Virus record (IMG/VR): IMGVR_UViG_3300050343_000265
Span: 19,954-83,953 of that record
Strand: one strand, 5' to 3'
DNA from: a virus
DNA: 64,000 nucleotides
The position numbers were made by a program, and so were the translations under genes. The notes below the pieces were generated by a model that searched no databases, was not told the origin of the DNA, and was given only the letters and a program-made list of their open reading frames with translations. This document shows, one piece after another, positions 20,631-29,183 of the stretch. Numbering within the stretch: position 1 is the first letter of the stretch; every line of letters starts with the position of its first letter.

Positions 20631-21446
20631 ATGAATTACAAACAACTGATGGAATCAGTCCGCGAAACGCAGGACATTCGAGACAGCACATACAAATGTT
20701 GGTGGCAGGCTATTCGGCCTATCGCTGATGTTCCGGTGTCAGCGACGGACAAAATGTTTGTCACTCGATACTGGAAGTCGCAGCTACAGCCAATTGGCAA
20801 CTGCTCTCCCGAGACACTACGACGTCGGTTGAGCCTGCTGTCAGGCATCTGGGCTATGGCAAATGAGGAGGAGATTCTTAAGGAGCAAGCCAACTACTGG
20901 TATCACTCCAGTAAGAAGATCAAGGTCAATCGTGATCTAAATGCAGAGCGCATGGGAATGGAGTATCCCGTACGACCTTTTGAGTTCTACAAGCCGTATC
21001 ACCAAGATCCGATCTTCCTTGCAATCTGGTATCACGGGTTTCGGATTGGAGAGATCGCAGGGCTACTTAACCGGGAAATCGTTTTTAAAAATGCTATTCC
21101 GTTCTTTCAGATCAAAGATAATGACAACAGGCTCATAAAGCGCCTAGCGACAAGGCAAGTGCCTATTCATCCAGAGTTCTATCCATGGGTAGGAATGCTG
21201 ACGACTGACTTCACTCGCTACCCAGGCAAGAACTGGTCAGAGAAATTTCATGAAGACATGAAGTTGCCACCTAAAGAAGCGGCACACAGCCTTCGTCATA
21301 ACTGGAGCACCCGAGCAAGAGATGCTGGATTACAAGATTCGATGATTTCTAAAATCATGGGACATAAGGTTTCCGGCATGACCGCTCGCTATGGCTCATG
21401 GACCCTTGAAAACAAATTCGAGGCAATTAAAAAGGTCCGTCGTTAG
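20631..21446 (+). CDS. int: Tyrosine recombinase/integrase
   Basis: Catalytic set R (GFRIGE), HxxR (HSLRH), H (MGH), Y (ARYG); ATG 20631 preferred. Confidence 0.9.
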   Translation: MNYKQLMESVRETQDIRDSTYKCWWQAIRPIADVPVSATDKMFVTRYWKSQLQPIGNCSPETLRRRLSLLSGIWAMANEEEILKEQANYWYHSSKKIKVNRDLNAERMGMEYPVRPFEFYKPYHQDPIFLAIWYHGFRIGEIAGLLNREIVFKNAIPFFQIKDNDNRLIKRLATRQVPIHPEFYPWVGMLTTDFTRYPGKNWSEKFHEDMKLPPKEAAHSLRHNWSTRARDAGLQDSMISKIMGHKVSGMTARYGSWTLENKFEAIKKVRR

Positions 21447-21567
21447 CTACAGAAGCTACGTTAACTACCGTAGTTTTCTATATACCTGCTTTTTAATCCC
21501 CTGTGGCTCTTCGCTATAGGGGTATTTTTTTATCAGTATATAGATAGCAGCGTAGTTAGCGTAGCTT
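21445..21567. repeat. Inverted 9-bp-period iterons flanking an AT-rich core (copy A)
   Basis: CTAC at 21447/21456/21465; GTAG at 21552/21561; shares AGCGTAGTTAGCGTAGCTT with 53240-53258. Confidence 0.7.
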
Positions 21568-21615
21568 CAGTGTTAAATAGTTAGAATATATTTAGTTAAG
21601 TAAAATCGGACAACT

Positions 21616-21756
21616 ATGGCTATCTTAGAATCGGCTATCTTCTGGATCGTGCTTGCTGCTGCAAGTGAAATTATTGCGTTGACTCCACTTAAGTCAAACA
21701 GCATGATTCAGCTTGCGTTGTCGGCGCTGAATTCGTTAAAGCCAAAAAAAAGTTGA
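21616..21756 (+). CDS. Small membrane protein (holin-like)
   Basis: Manual: MAILESAIFWIVLAAASEIIALTPLKSNSMIQLALSALNSLKPKKS. Confidence 0.65.
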   Translation: MAILESAIFWIVLAAASEIIALTPLKSNSMIQLALSALNSLKPKKS

Positions 21757-22007
21757 GCAATATTCCCGGTGATGGGAAATGGCTCTGGCAATTTGACACT
21801 CGTTCAGACTTCGAACGAGCTCAACGCTACATTCAAAAAAAGAAGTTCTACACCACCCTTACTAATAAGCTTGACCAGGCTGAGGCAGAGTGGAATCAAA
21901 CGCAGCCAACTGAGGAACCTACGTGGGAGATCTCAGAAAAAGGGACGTTTGGCACAGACGGATGGTCCATTTCAACCCGTTATAAACATCTACGAACAGA
22001 TGATTGA
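21753..22007 (+). CDS. Hypothetical protein, possible -1 frameshift extension of 21616 ORF
   Basis: TTG start only; in the -1 frame directly after A AAA AAA. Confidence 0.55.
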   Translation: MSNIPGDGKWLWQFDTRSDFERAQRYIQKKKFYTTLTNKLDQAEAEWNQTQPTEEPTWEISEKGTFGTDGWSISTRYKHLRTDD

Positions 22008-22239
22008 AGCCGCCATCCCTGTCGTTATTGCTATTGTTACTGGCACAGCCGTGCTTTTTAACAAAGTCAACAATCGAGTTACCACATTAGATACAAGGGT
22101 AGACCGATTGGAGTTAAAACTAGCTGAGTCTTATACATCGAAGCAGGAATTTACAGCGGCCATGGGACGGATGGAAGATCATTTAATTCGCATTGAAGAC
22201 AAGATGGATATGCTGGTTACCATTAATCGCACTACATAA
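22000..22239 (+). CDS. TM + coiled-coil lysis-type protein
   Basis: MIEAAIPVVIAIVTGTAVLF...LIRIEDKMD; ATG 22000. Confidence 0.6.
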   Translation: MIEAAIPVVIAIVTGTAVLFNKVNNRVTTLDTRVDRLELKLAESYTSKQEFTAAMGRMEDHLIRIEDKMDMLVTINRTT

Positions 22240-22293
22240 TTACAGAAGAGACAAGTCTTAAGTAAAGTAAAGGCAGTTGCGAAAAACAACTAC

Positions 22294-22745
22294 ATGGGAA
22301 TTGCTGAAGACTGGAAGGACCTAATGTTCGACCTCACTTGCTTATCTAAGCAGAGTGCCAAGCGCAGATTTAAAAAGTCAATTAAGTATGGATGGGGTGG
22401 CCTCTGCGGATATTGCAGATGCAATCGAGCAACCACACTGGACCACATAAAGCCAAAATCCAAAGGCGGAGATAGCCGAAGAGGGAATCTTCTACCTGCT
22501 GCCTTGAGTGTAATCACTCCAAAGGAAGTGAACCTTGGTTAGTATGGTTTCAAAGGCAGTCTTTTTATAATGAAACTGCGAAAGAACTAATTGAAGAATG
22601 GATCTCAAACAAACGTTTTATAGAGGAAGAGTTAGCTGATGGAAGCACTAACAGTCGAACAACGGTTTGCCTTAACAAGAGCTCGTTACGAGGTATCTCG
22701 GATGAGCCGTCCAGCCTTAGAAAAGACTGCCTTGCGACTGCTTAA
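22294..22745 (+). CDS. HNH endonuclease (one-base frameshift near 22500)
   Basis: CGYC...TLDHIKPKSKGG...NLLPA continues as CLECNHSKG in the -1 frame. Confidence 0.75.
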
Positions 22746-22962
22746 GTCTCGCATGGAGCTTAAGAACGGCACACAAAATACACTACTTAAAGCAGGGATC
22801 ATGTTCAAAATTGATGAGCATCAGGCTGGTTTGCCTGAGATCATTAGTGAAGAAACCTTCATGGAACTCCTGCTAAGAGCAGACAATGATCTTCCTACAA
22901 GTATCGACGATCAAGAATATGAGAATGATGATCTCGATGATGATGGTCTTATGATTGGTTAA
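22639..22962 (+). CDS. nblA: NblA-like protein with acidic C-terminal extension
   Basis: LTVEQRFAL...VSRMSRPALEK..LRLLKSRMELKN matches the NblA LSLEQQF...MS..Q pattern. Confidence 0.6.
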   Translation: MEALTVEQRFALTRARYEVSRMSRPALEKTALRLLKSRMELKNGTQNTLLKAGIMFKIDEHQAGLPEIISEETFMELLLRADNDLPTSIDDQEYENDDLDDDGLMIG

Positions 22963-22996
22963 AGTTAGCTAGACTTCGACTAGTTAATATTTACAT

Positions 22997-23221
22997 ATGG
23001 AATATATTTTAGGGCCAGTATTAGCTGTTGCTTTGAGTATTAAATTTACAGCTGAGAGAAGCAAGCTTATGGAAAAGCGTATTGCTGCTTTGGAAGCCAA
23101 TGTAGAGCTTGTGCAGAGTTCTTCTACAACGATGGAAACAGAAATCCCGAAACGCATGCTTGCAACAATTGTTCCTCTTGCACAGGCAGTAAAGAAATTA
23201 AATGAGCAAGTTGGTATATGA
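22997..23221 (+). CDS. Small TM/coiled-coil protein
   Basis: ORF track; TAGACT box upstream. Confidence 0.55.
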   Translation: MEYILGPVLAVALSIKFTAERSKLMEKRIAALEANVELVQSSSTTMETEIPKRMLATIVPLAQAVKKLNEQVGI

Positions 23222-23415
23222 ACGTAGGGCAAGCTAAAAAGGTTGCATTTGGAAGCCAGCCATCGAATAACTTGCAAGAATATTTTGATGCATGGCAGTG
23301 GCTATATGACAACAAGATCGAGCTAAAAGAACCAGATCATGATTACCTTGACAAACTGATCTGTGATGGCTCAGTGATCCCTAGAGAAGGATACTTCGAT
23401 ATACTAGACAAGTAG
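23218..23415 (+). CDS. Hypothetical protein
   Basis: ATGA overlap with the preceding ORF. Confidence 0.55.
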   Translation: MNVGQAKKVAFGSQPSNNLQEYFDAWQWLYDNKIELKEPDHDYLDKLICDGSVIPREGYFDILDK

Positions 23416-23428
23416 TCGTAAAGATACT

Positions 23429-23761
23429 GTGAAAAGTGCTGGCTTAAGAAATAAACCGCTTGATCGGCGCTACTTACGTGATGACGAACGTGAAGCTTAT
23501 GACGCAAGTGGTGATTATGGTGCACGTGCGCAGGCATTAAAAAGAACAAAGGCATACAAAGGTCAAATGGCCTATGAGCAGAATCGTCCGATCAGGACTG
23601 TTACAACACGTCCTGGTACAGGTGGTCAGAACTCAGGCATTGGTATCCAACGTCAGCGCAAAGTCAATCAAGCAATGGCTAACGAACGCTCAGCTGATTT
23701 ACGTCCAGAAATGGATAGCACACCCAATATTTATAAACAGCTTGATACACGCTACGGATAA
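23429..23761 (+). CDS. Hypothetical protein
   Basis: ORF track. Confidence 0.5.
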   Translation: MKSAGLRNKPLDRRYLRDDEREAYDASGDYGARAQALKRTKAYKGQMAYEQNRPIRTVTTRPGTGGQNSGIGIQRQRKVNQAMANERSADLRPEMDSTPNIYKQLDTRYG

Positions 23762-23766
23762 ACAAT

Positions 23767-23792
23767 AAAAAACCTCCGCGTTAGCGAAGGCT
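23767..23792 (-). terminator. Terminator of the OMP-like gene
   Basis: Minus strand AGCCTTCGC-TAAC-GCGGAGGTT plus T tract. Confidence 0.65.
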
Positions 23793-23821
23793 TAAGACTC
23801 TTCCTTAGATCAGCTTAGCGA

Positions 23822-24193
23822 TCAGAAGCGGTAGGTAGCACCAATCTTGGTACCCAGTGAGAGGGTATCCACGTCAAACTCTTGGTCTTCTGTGATGAAT
23901 GCAACTTCTCCGTAGAGTTCAAATGATTCTGAGACATCGGCAATAACACCAAACTTACCAGACACTTCAGTCTCAAGCTCTTCATCTTCAATGGAGATAA
24001 AAGCAGGACCTGCCTGTACATAAAGGCTAACATTTTCGCTAGCTTCAAACTCATAGCCAGCGTGGACTTCAGTCACTGCACCTTCAAAGTCATTGCCAAC
24101 CCAGCCTGCATTGTTCTCAACGTTGGCGTAGGGTCCAGCAAATGCAGGAGCTGACAGTACAGATAAAGCTGCAATAGTAATAATAGATTTCAT
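23822..24193 (-). CDS. Small outer-membrane beta-barrel-like protein
   Basis: Signal peptide (APAFA), alternating beta pattern, C-terminal GATYRF beta-signal. Confidence 0.7.
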   Translation of the reverse strand: MKSIITIAALSVLSAPAFAGPYANVENNAGWVGNDFEGAVTEVHAGYEFEASENVSLYVQAGPAFISIEDEELETEVSGKFGVIADVSESFELYGEVAFITEDQEFDVDTLSLGTKIGATYRF

Positions 24194-24311
24194 AATTAAA
24201 CTAACTAGTATGGATAGCGATTTATACTTATCGCTCTCAATATTATATGTACTAAATAAACAAAAAAAGACCCCCGCTGTTAAGCGAGGGACAGATAATT
24301 AATTGTATAAA

Positions 24312-24494
24312 TTAGTGGCAGTAACTAACACCACGGTATGTAAAACAACCATGCCGTTCTTTTGTAGCAGTGGCTTTGATAGTTGGGACACCACGGTAGC
24401 GTGTCTCAGACAGGCGATGAACACGTAGTTCGTTCTGTGCACGAAGGTACTCTTTGCGAGCATTTTCGACAGCACGTGCTTGTAATTGGGTCAT
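24312..24494 (-). CDS. DUF4278-family protein
   Basis: Two YRGV motifs; ATG at 24494 after GGAG. Confidence 0.7.
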   Translation of the reverse strand: MTQLQARAVENARKEYLRAQNELRVHRLSETRYRGVPTIKATATKERHGCFTYRGVSYCH

Positions 24495-24495
24495 T

Positions 24496-24582
24496 GGAAA
24501 CTCCATAGTGAGGTGTAGTTTCCCGTTCCTTCCCTCCATTCGTGAGGTACTTGCGTCTGCTAAATGTCAGCAGATGAACGTA
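24496..24582 (-). ncRNA. Glutamine riboswitch (Downstream-peptide/type II-like)
   Basis: CGTTCA-TCTGCT...AGCAGA-CGCAAGT...GAAGGAACGGGA upstream of DUF4278; GGAAACT/AGTTTCC stem covers the RBS. Confidence 0.75.
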
Positions 24583-24590
24583 TTTATATT

Positions 24591-26099
24591 CTAGCGGCCT
24601 TGGAATAGTTCTGTCAATCCAAACTCAAATTTACTAGGATTAAATCTATCTCCAGCTAATCGTAGACGATGTGCTAAATCAGGAAAAGGTGCATCTTTAA
24701 CAAGCCCCCTACGAATTTGTACAGGATTAGTACCAGCACGTTGAATAACAGGTGGGTTATCTACTCGTGCAGCTTCACTAGCAATTTGTTCTTTCAGTGA
24801 ACTACCAGGAGTTGAATATCCAGTGCGTTCTTCAGTACCTATCGCTTGACGTGCTTTGGATAGTAGCGTTTCCCCTGTAGTAGCTCTTGACAACTCATTG
24901 AGAGATCTCGCGCCTTCCGTCAGTAAAAATCCGCCTGCAACACCAGGCATGACAGGAGCGATAGCAGGGACAGCTTGAGTTACTAAACCTGCTCCAGCTG
25001 CTACAGGCAGGCCCATTAAAGCCTCACCAGCAAATTGACGGGCACCTGCACCTATTCCTTCTCTTTCAGTAGCTCGGATAGTTTCTGCAGATGGAATTAA
25101 ATCCGGTAAACCAAGTGATGCGCCTTGAGCAAATGCAGCGCGGGGTGAAATTTTGGGAGGTGTAAGTTTTTGTTGCTTAAAATCTTTTATCAAGCTAGTG
25201 AGTCCGTCTGCATAAATACCTTTTGAAGCTTTTGATTTCCAATCTCTTGGACCTTGTTTAGTTACTACAGTTGCTTCAGCATCAGCACGAGGAATATCTT
25301 GATTACGTTCAGTCCAATTAACTGGATCAATGCGTTGATCAGTCATATCAACTACATCTTCACCCTGTTGTATTAAATCAGTTAAAGCAGTTTGGGATTC
25401 AACTATTGCGTCTACATTACCATTCGCTATTGCAGTGTTTTTCTCTATAAGAAGTCTGTCTGATTCTTCTTGAAAGAGTTCGAGCATGTCAATGTTGCCA
25501 GATGCTTTTAAACCCTGAGCAATATTATTAAGACGAACCGGATTAGTGTTGGCACCAGAATAACGAACCCCCTTATTATCCTTAGCTAAGCCATAATCTA
25601 AAACAACTGTTTTATTAGTTTTAGGATTAAATTTAATATTACCTCCGTGTCGATCATTATGATAAACACCCCCCTTTCTGTATAAGTCAGAAAGAGCTTT
25701 TGATTTTGATAAGCTTCTGGTTCTACTAGGTTCAGTTTCTGCAAAATCTGCTTTATCCATTTCAATAAAGCTTAAGCCTTGTGTATCACCAGCAGGTGCT
25801 TTAACACCAGAATCAGGATTAATCCACCGGTCATTTTCAGGAACAGCTTTGTCTGGGAAGAAACCTGTTTCTCCTAATTTAGGAACTTCAACGTTATCAC
25901 CCGCATCAAGAAACGCACGAAATTGCTTATCAATTTCATTGTCATAAATTGAGTAATCACCTTGTTGAATCTTGACAACTTTGCCGGGATTAAGCGGAGA
26001 TTCGTAAACACCACCAAATGCTGATGGATCTCCAATACGCTTCCAATCTTTATTTTTACCTGACTTAATAGCCTTAAGCTGTTCTTTAGTAAAATTCAC
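24591..26099 (-). CDS. Protein-kinase-like domain fused to an Ala/Gly-rich C-terminal region
   Basis: GDPSAFGGVY, VVK, HNDRHGGNI, LDYGLAK. Confidence 0.7.
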   Translation of the reverse strand: MNFTKEQLKAIKSGKNKDWKRIGDPSAFGGVYESPLNPGKVVKIQQGDYSIYDNEIDKQFRAFLDAGDNVEVPKLGETGFFPDKAVPENDRWINPDSGVKAPAGDTQGLSFIEMDKADFAETEPSRTRSLSKSKALSDLYRKGGVYHNDRHGGNIKFNPKTNKTVVLDYGLAKDNKGVRYSGANTNPVRLNNIAQGLKASGNIDMLELFQEESDRLLIEKNTAIANGNVDAIVESQTALTDLIQQGEDVVDMTDQRIDPVNWTERNQDIPRADAEATVVTKQGPRDWKSKASKGIYADGLTSLIKDFKQQKLTPPKISPRAAFAQGASLGLPDLIPSAETIRATEREGIGAGARQFAGEALMGLPVAAGAGLVTQAVPAIAPVMPGVAGGFLLTEGARSLNELSRATTGETLLSKARQAIGTEERTGYSTPGSSLKEQIASEAARVDNPPVIQRAGTNPVQIRRGLVKDAPFPDLAHRLRLAGDRFNPSKFEFGLTELFQGR

Positions 26100-26157
26100 T
26101 ATAAATATAAACTTGTTATATTTATATGTTATCGATTAATGAATTTAGTTAATTACA

Positions 26158-27027
26158 CTATTTAAATGCCAAGCGCTTTAGAAAATCATATCCTTCGTTT
26201 AACTTTGATAAGCCAGGGCTAATATTGCTGGTCACTCGTTCTTCAAACGAAGCTTCTCTGGGCGTTATATCTTGCCAGTGGTTTGGTGAAATTGTTTTAT
26301 CAATATTGATAGGCTCATAAGTGCCTAAACCCTTGGCAACACTAGCAATGATAGAAGGGATATTTCCACCTTCAACTAAGTCAATTTTACGATCAAAAGT
26401 ATCTTTTGATTTAGAGCTAATTCCTGCACTCTTGTCAGCGGCTACAGTAGCTGCATCATCAATCTTCCATTGATCTTGTATATTCATTCCACCTTCTGGA
26501 GTAGGTCGCATAGATAAACCACCAAAAGTCATTTTTAGATCACGCCCATAACCACTGTGATTAGAGTTGTTTTCAGCGTAGGTAGTTATATAAGGTGAAT
26601 TAAATTTCGCAAGTCTATCGTTATCATGAGCTCGATAGTTTTTATTAAAAAAGTCTATCTCTGCTTTTTGCTGTTCAGGTGAAAGATCATAGAAAGATCC
26701 ACCATCATTTGTTGTAAATCTATCTGGCTCAAACTCTCGAACGATTGGGGTTCGTGTAGGAGCCTTTTGAATAGAATAAGCTTGCTTTAATCTTGCTAGT
26801 TGATCATCATTAAGTTCAATACCTCCAGCTGTAACGGTGTCTCCACCTGTCATAGCTTTAATAAAAGTACGCTCTGGTAAACCAATGCCAGGTGTATTAT
26901 CAACTACCGCATTACGGAGGTTTTGAAACGGTCCAGAACGTACTAATCCACCTAAGACTGCTTTAGAACCTTGAATAAAAGGATTCTGCGCAATAGCATT
27001 GGTTGCAAATCTGGATATATCACTCAT
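26158..27027 (-). CDS. Hypothetical protein
   Basis: 289 aa ORF; GTTAAAAT box upstream. Confidence 0.65.
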   Translation of the reverse strand: MSDISRFATNAIAQNPFIQGSKAVLGGLVRSGPFQNLRNAVVDNTPGIGLPERTFIKAMTGGDTVTAGGIELNDDQLARLKQAYSIQKAPTRTPIVREFEPDRFTTNDGGSFYDLSPEQQKAEIDFFNKNYRAHDNDRLAKFNSPYITTYAENNSNHSGYGRDLKMTFGGLSMRPTPEGGMNIQDQWKIDDAATVAADKSAGISSKSKDTFDRKIDLVEGGNIPSIIASVAKGLGTYEPINIDKTISPNHWQDITPREASFEERVTSNISPGLSKLNEGYDFLKRLAFK

Positions 27028-27067
27028 AACTAAATATCAAGCTTGTAACTATTTTAACTATTTATCA

Positions 27068-27172
27068 AGGGACTTCCCCACAAATCGCAGGGAAGAGTAA
27101 TTACTCAGAGAGAAGCAGCAGAAATCTCTGAAACCTAAAGTGCACCCTGACGCTGCTCTTCTTCAGGTGCAT
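27068..27172 (-). ncRNA. Candidate structured ncRNA with complementary loops
   Basis: Three consecutive stems; loops GAGCAGC and GCTGCTT are complementary; TAGACT box at 27177-27182. Confidence 0.4.
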
Positions 27173-27222
27173 ATTTAGTCTAATAAATTTAATAGAATAG
27201 TAAGAGATTTAGTATTAAACAG

Positions 27223-28983
27223 ATGGGCAAGAAGAACAAAGGTGGAAATAAAGGCGGTGGGAGAAAGGGAGGCTCATCACCTAAGCCATCACCTAAGCCG
27301 TCACGGAGTCCTTCACCTAAGCCGTCACCTAAGCCGTCACGTAGTCCATCACGCAATCCTTCACCGAGTCCTTCACGCAATCCTTCACCAAGCCCAGCAC
27401 CAGCTAGGCAGCAAGCTAAAGCAGTAGCTCAAATGAGCGTTAAAGATCGTAGGGCAGGTGCAAAAGCTGCTGGTGTAACTCTTAAGGACTTTAAACAAGG
27501 CAACACTGGATCAAAGGCTGTAGCAAGAAAAACTGCTCAAGTAAATAAAAATACTGGCGGTGGAAATACTGGCGGTGGAAATACTGGCGGTGGAAATACT
27601 GGCGGTGGATCTAGTATTAATTACAACCCCGCTGCTCGTGGAGGAGCAGCATTTGGCAATGAAGATTATAATCATTTAAAATCTCAAGGCCATAATGATC
27701 AGCAGATTAATAGCTATCTTGGTACATTAAACAACAGTCAAGTATCAAATAAATATAAAGCACAAGGGGGATTTACTCCTAATCCTACGAACACATCTAC
27801 AGGCGGCGGCATAGACTATTCAGATAAATACGACACTAGTAGTCCTAATTTTCACAGTAGTTATAAATCATTGATGGGTAATTATGATCCTGCATCACGT
27901 GGAGGAGCAGCATTTGGCAATGAAGATTATGACTACTTAAGATCTCAAGGACATACTGAAAGCAGTATTAATTCGTATCTTGGCGAATTAGATACTTCAC
28001 AAGTATCTAATAAATATAAAACCAGAGGTGGTCATACACCTAATGCCAGTATAAATAGTGGTAGAGACAGTAGTGATGGTCTGTATCAAGATAGATATTC
28101 CGTAGGTAAAGGCGGCGAAGATGATAAAGGTGATATGTATTTAAGCCAAGGCGCTCTTGGAAATATAAATAGTTATTTTAATATTTCAGGTAATACACAA
28201 GAAGACGTTGTAAATAGTTGGAATGCAAATGATTTTGAAAGGTCATACACTTCTTGGAAAGATACAGGGAATAGTGAAGTAGGAAAAGGGCACGGTGGAT
28301 ATGCTGGCGATGTTTTAAAAATGATTGATCAAAATAATTTTAAAGTTACTGACGAGCAGTATAATCGTCTTGTTAATGACGCTAAAAATCATAACTGGAA
28401 CTCTCAAATGTCGTCGGATGGTACGCAGGCTGGCAGGTCACACGCAGACTTTGATGCAAGTGGTATGTATGACGCCAGACTTGGTGGGACGATGGAAAGT
28501 CAAGGCAATATGAATGATGTAACAGGCGCAAAATATGCTGATTGGACTAACTCAGAATACTATAGTGGTGCATCTGTAGACGCAAGGAACAACAGAAGGC
28601 AGCAAGTTAATGACTCTATGGATGCAGCTGCTTTTCAGAAAAGTCTGCACGGGGGAAACGCAGATGTTTCTCATATGCATCGTGAGATGGAGCAATACAA
28701 ACCAGCAGGTTTTCAGTATGACCCGTGGAGTGGAGCCACAAATCAACAAACAATGGGGGATAATAACTTCCAAAACTTTGGAAGTCAGGAGTCAGACTTT
28801 GAAGCTCCGACTCAAGCTGCTAGTAATTTTGACATGCCTAATGTTCAACAAAGTATGGGGCCACAGTATCAAGGCTGGCAGGAACAGATGGGGAATGCAA
28901 CCCAAAGTCCATATACTTCTAGAAGTAAGTCTAGTAATATGAACTTTAATTTTAACCCCTACAAATTTCAGCAAGGGCAGTAG
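27223..28983 (+). CDS. Low-complexity protein with SP(K/S/R/N) repeats, GGGNT repeats and an internal duplication
   Basis: SPKP/SPSR array 27276-27400; (AATACTGGCGGTGGA)x4 at 27550-27609; two copies of Y.PA.RGGAAFGNEDY. Confidence 0.75.
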   Translation: MGKKNKGGNKGGGRKGGSSPKPSPKPSRSPSPKPSPKPSRSPSRNPSPSPSRNPSPSPAPARQQAKAVAQMSVKDRRAGAKAAGVTLKDFKQGNTGSKAVARKTAQVNKNTGGGNTGGGNTGGGNTGGGSSINYNPAARGGAAFGNEDYNHLKSQGHNDQQINSYLGTLNNSQVSNKYKAQGGFTPNPTNTSTGGGIDYSDKYDTSSPNFHSSYKSLMGNYDPASRGGAAFGNEDYDYLRSQGHTESSINSYLGELDTSQVSNKYKTRGGHTPNASINSGRDSSDGLYQDRYSVGKGGEDDKGDMYLSQGALGNINSYFNISGNTQEDVVNSWNANDFERSYTSWKDTGNSEVGKGHGGYAGDVLKMIDQNNFKVTDEQYNRLVNDAKNHNWNSQMSSDGTQAGRSHADFDASGMYDARLGGTMESQGNMNDVTGAKYADWTNSEYYSGASVDARNNRRQQVNDSMDAAAFQKSLHGGNADVSHMHREMEQYKPAGFQYDPWSGATNQQTMGDNNFQNFGSQESDFEAPTQAASNFDMPNVQQSMGPQYQGWQEQMGNATQSPYTSRSKSSNMNFNFNPYKFQQGQ

Positions 28984-29169
28984 TTATTTAGATTTACGTC
29001 CAAAGTCAAATTCAAATATAGCTCCTTGTAGAAATGGCTTAAGACAGAAGAGTTCTTCTTGATCCATTTCTCCTTGACCAGTCCATTTTTCTAATGTATA
29101 TGACACAGCTGAATGGAGCGCACGAATAGCGCGCTCATCAAATACACATGAGACTGATGGTTCATCCAT
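28984..29169 (-). CDS. Hypothetical protein
   Basis: ORF track. Confidence 0.55.
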   Translation of the reverse strand: MDEPSVSCVFDERAIRALHSAVSYTLEKWTGQGEMDQEELFCLKPFLQGAIFEFDFGRKSK

Positions 29170-29183
29170 AGATAATATTATAT

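Noticed and set aside
21769-21999. N-terminal half of ORF 21769-22239
   Set aside because: It overlaps the 21753 ORF; the TM protein begins naturally at ATG 22000.
27068-27172. Hammerhead ribozyme (CUGAAGA on - strand)
   Set aside because: No correctly placed GAAA or three-way junction.
27276-27609. Short tandem repeats as CRISPR or non-coding repeats
   Set aside because: They are in-frame coding repeats (SPKP, GGGNT) with no spacers.
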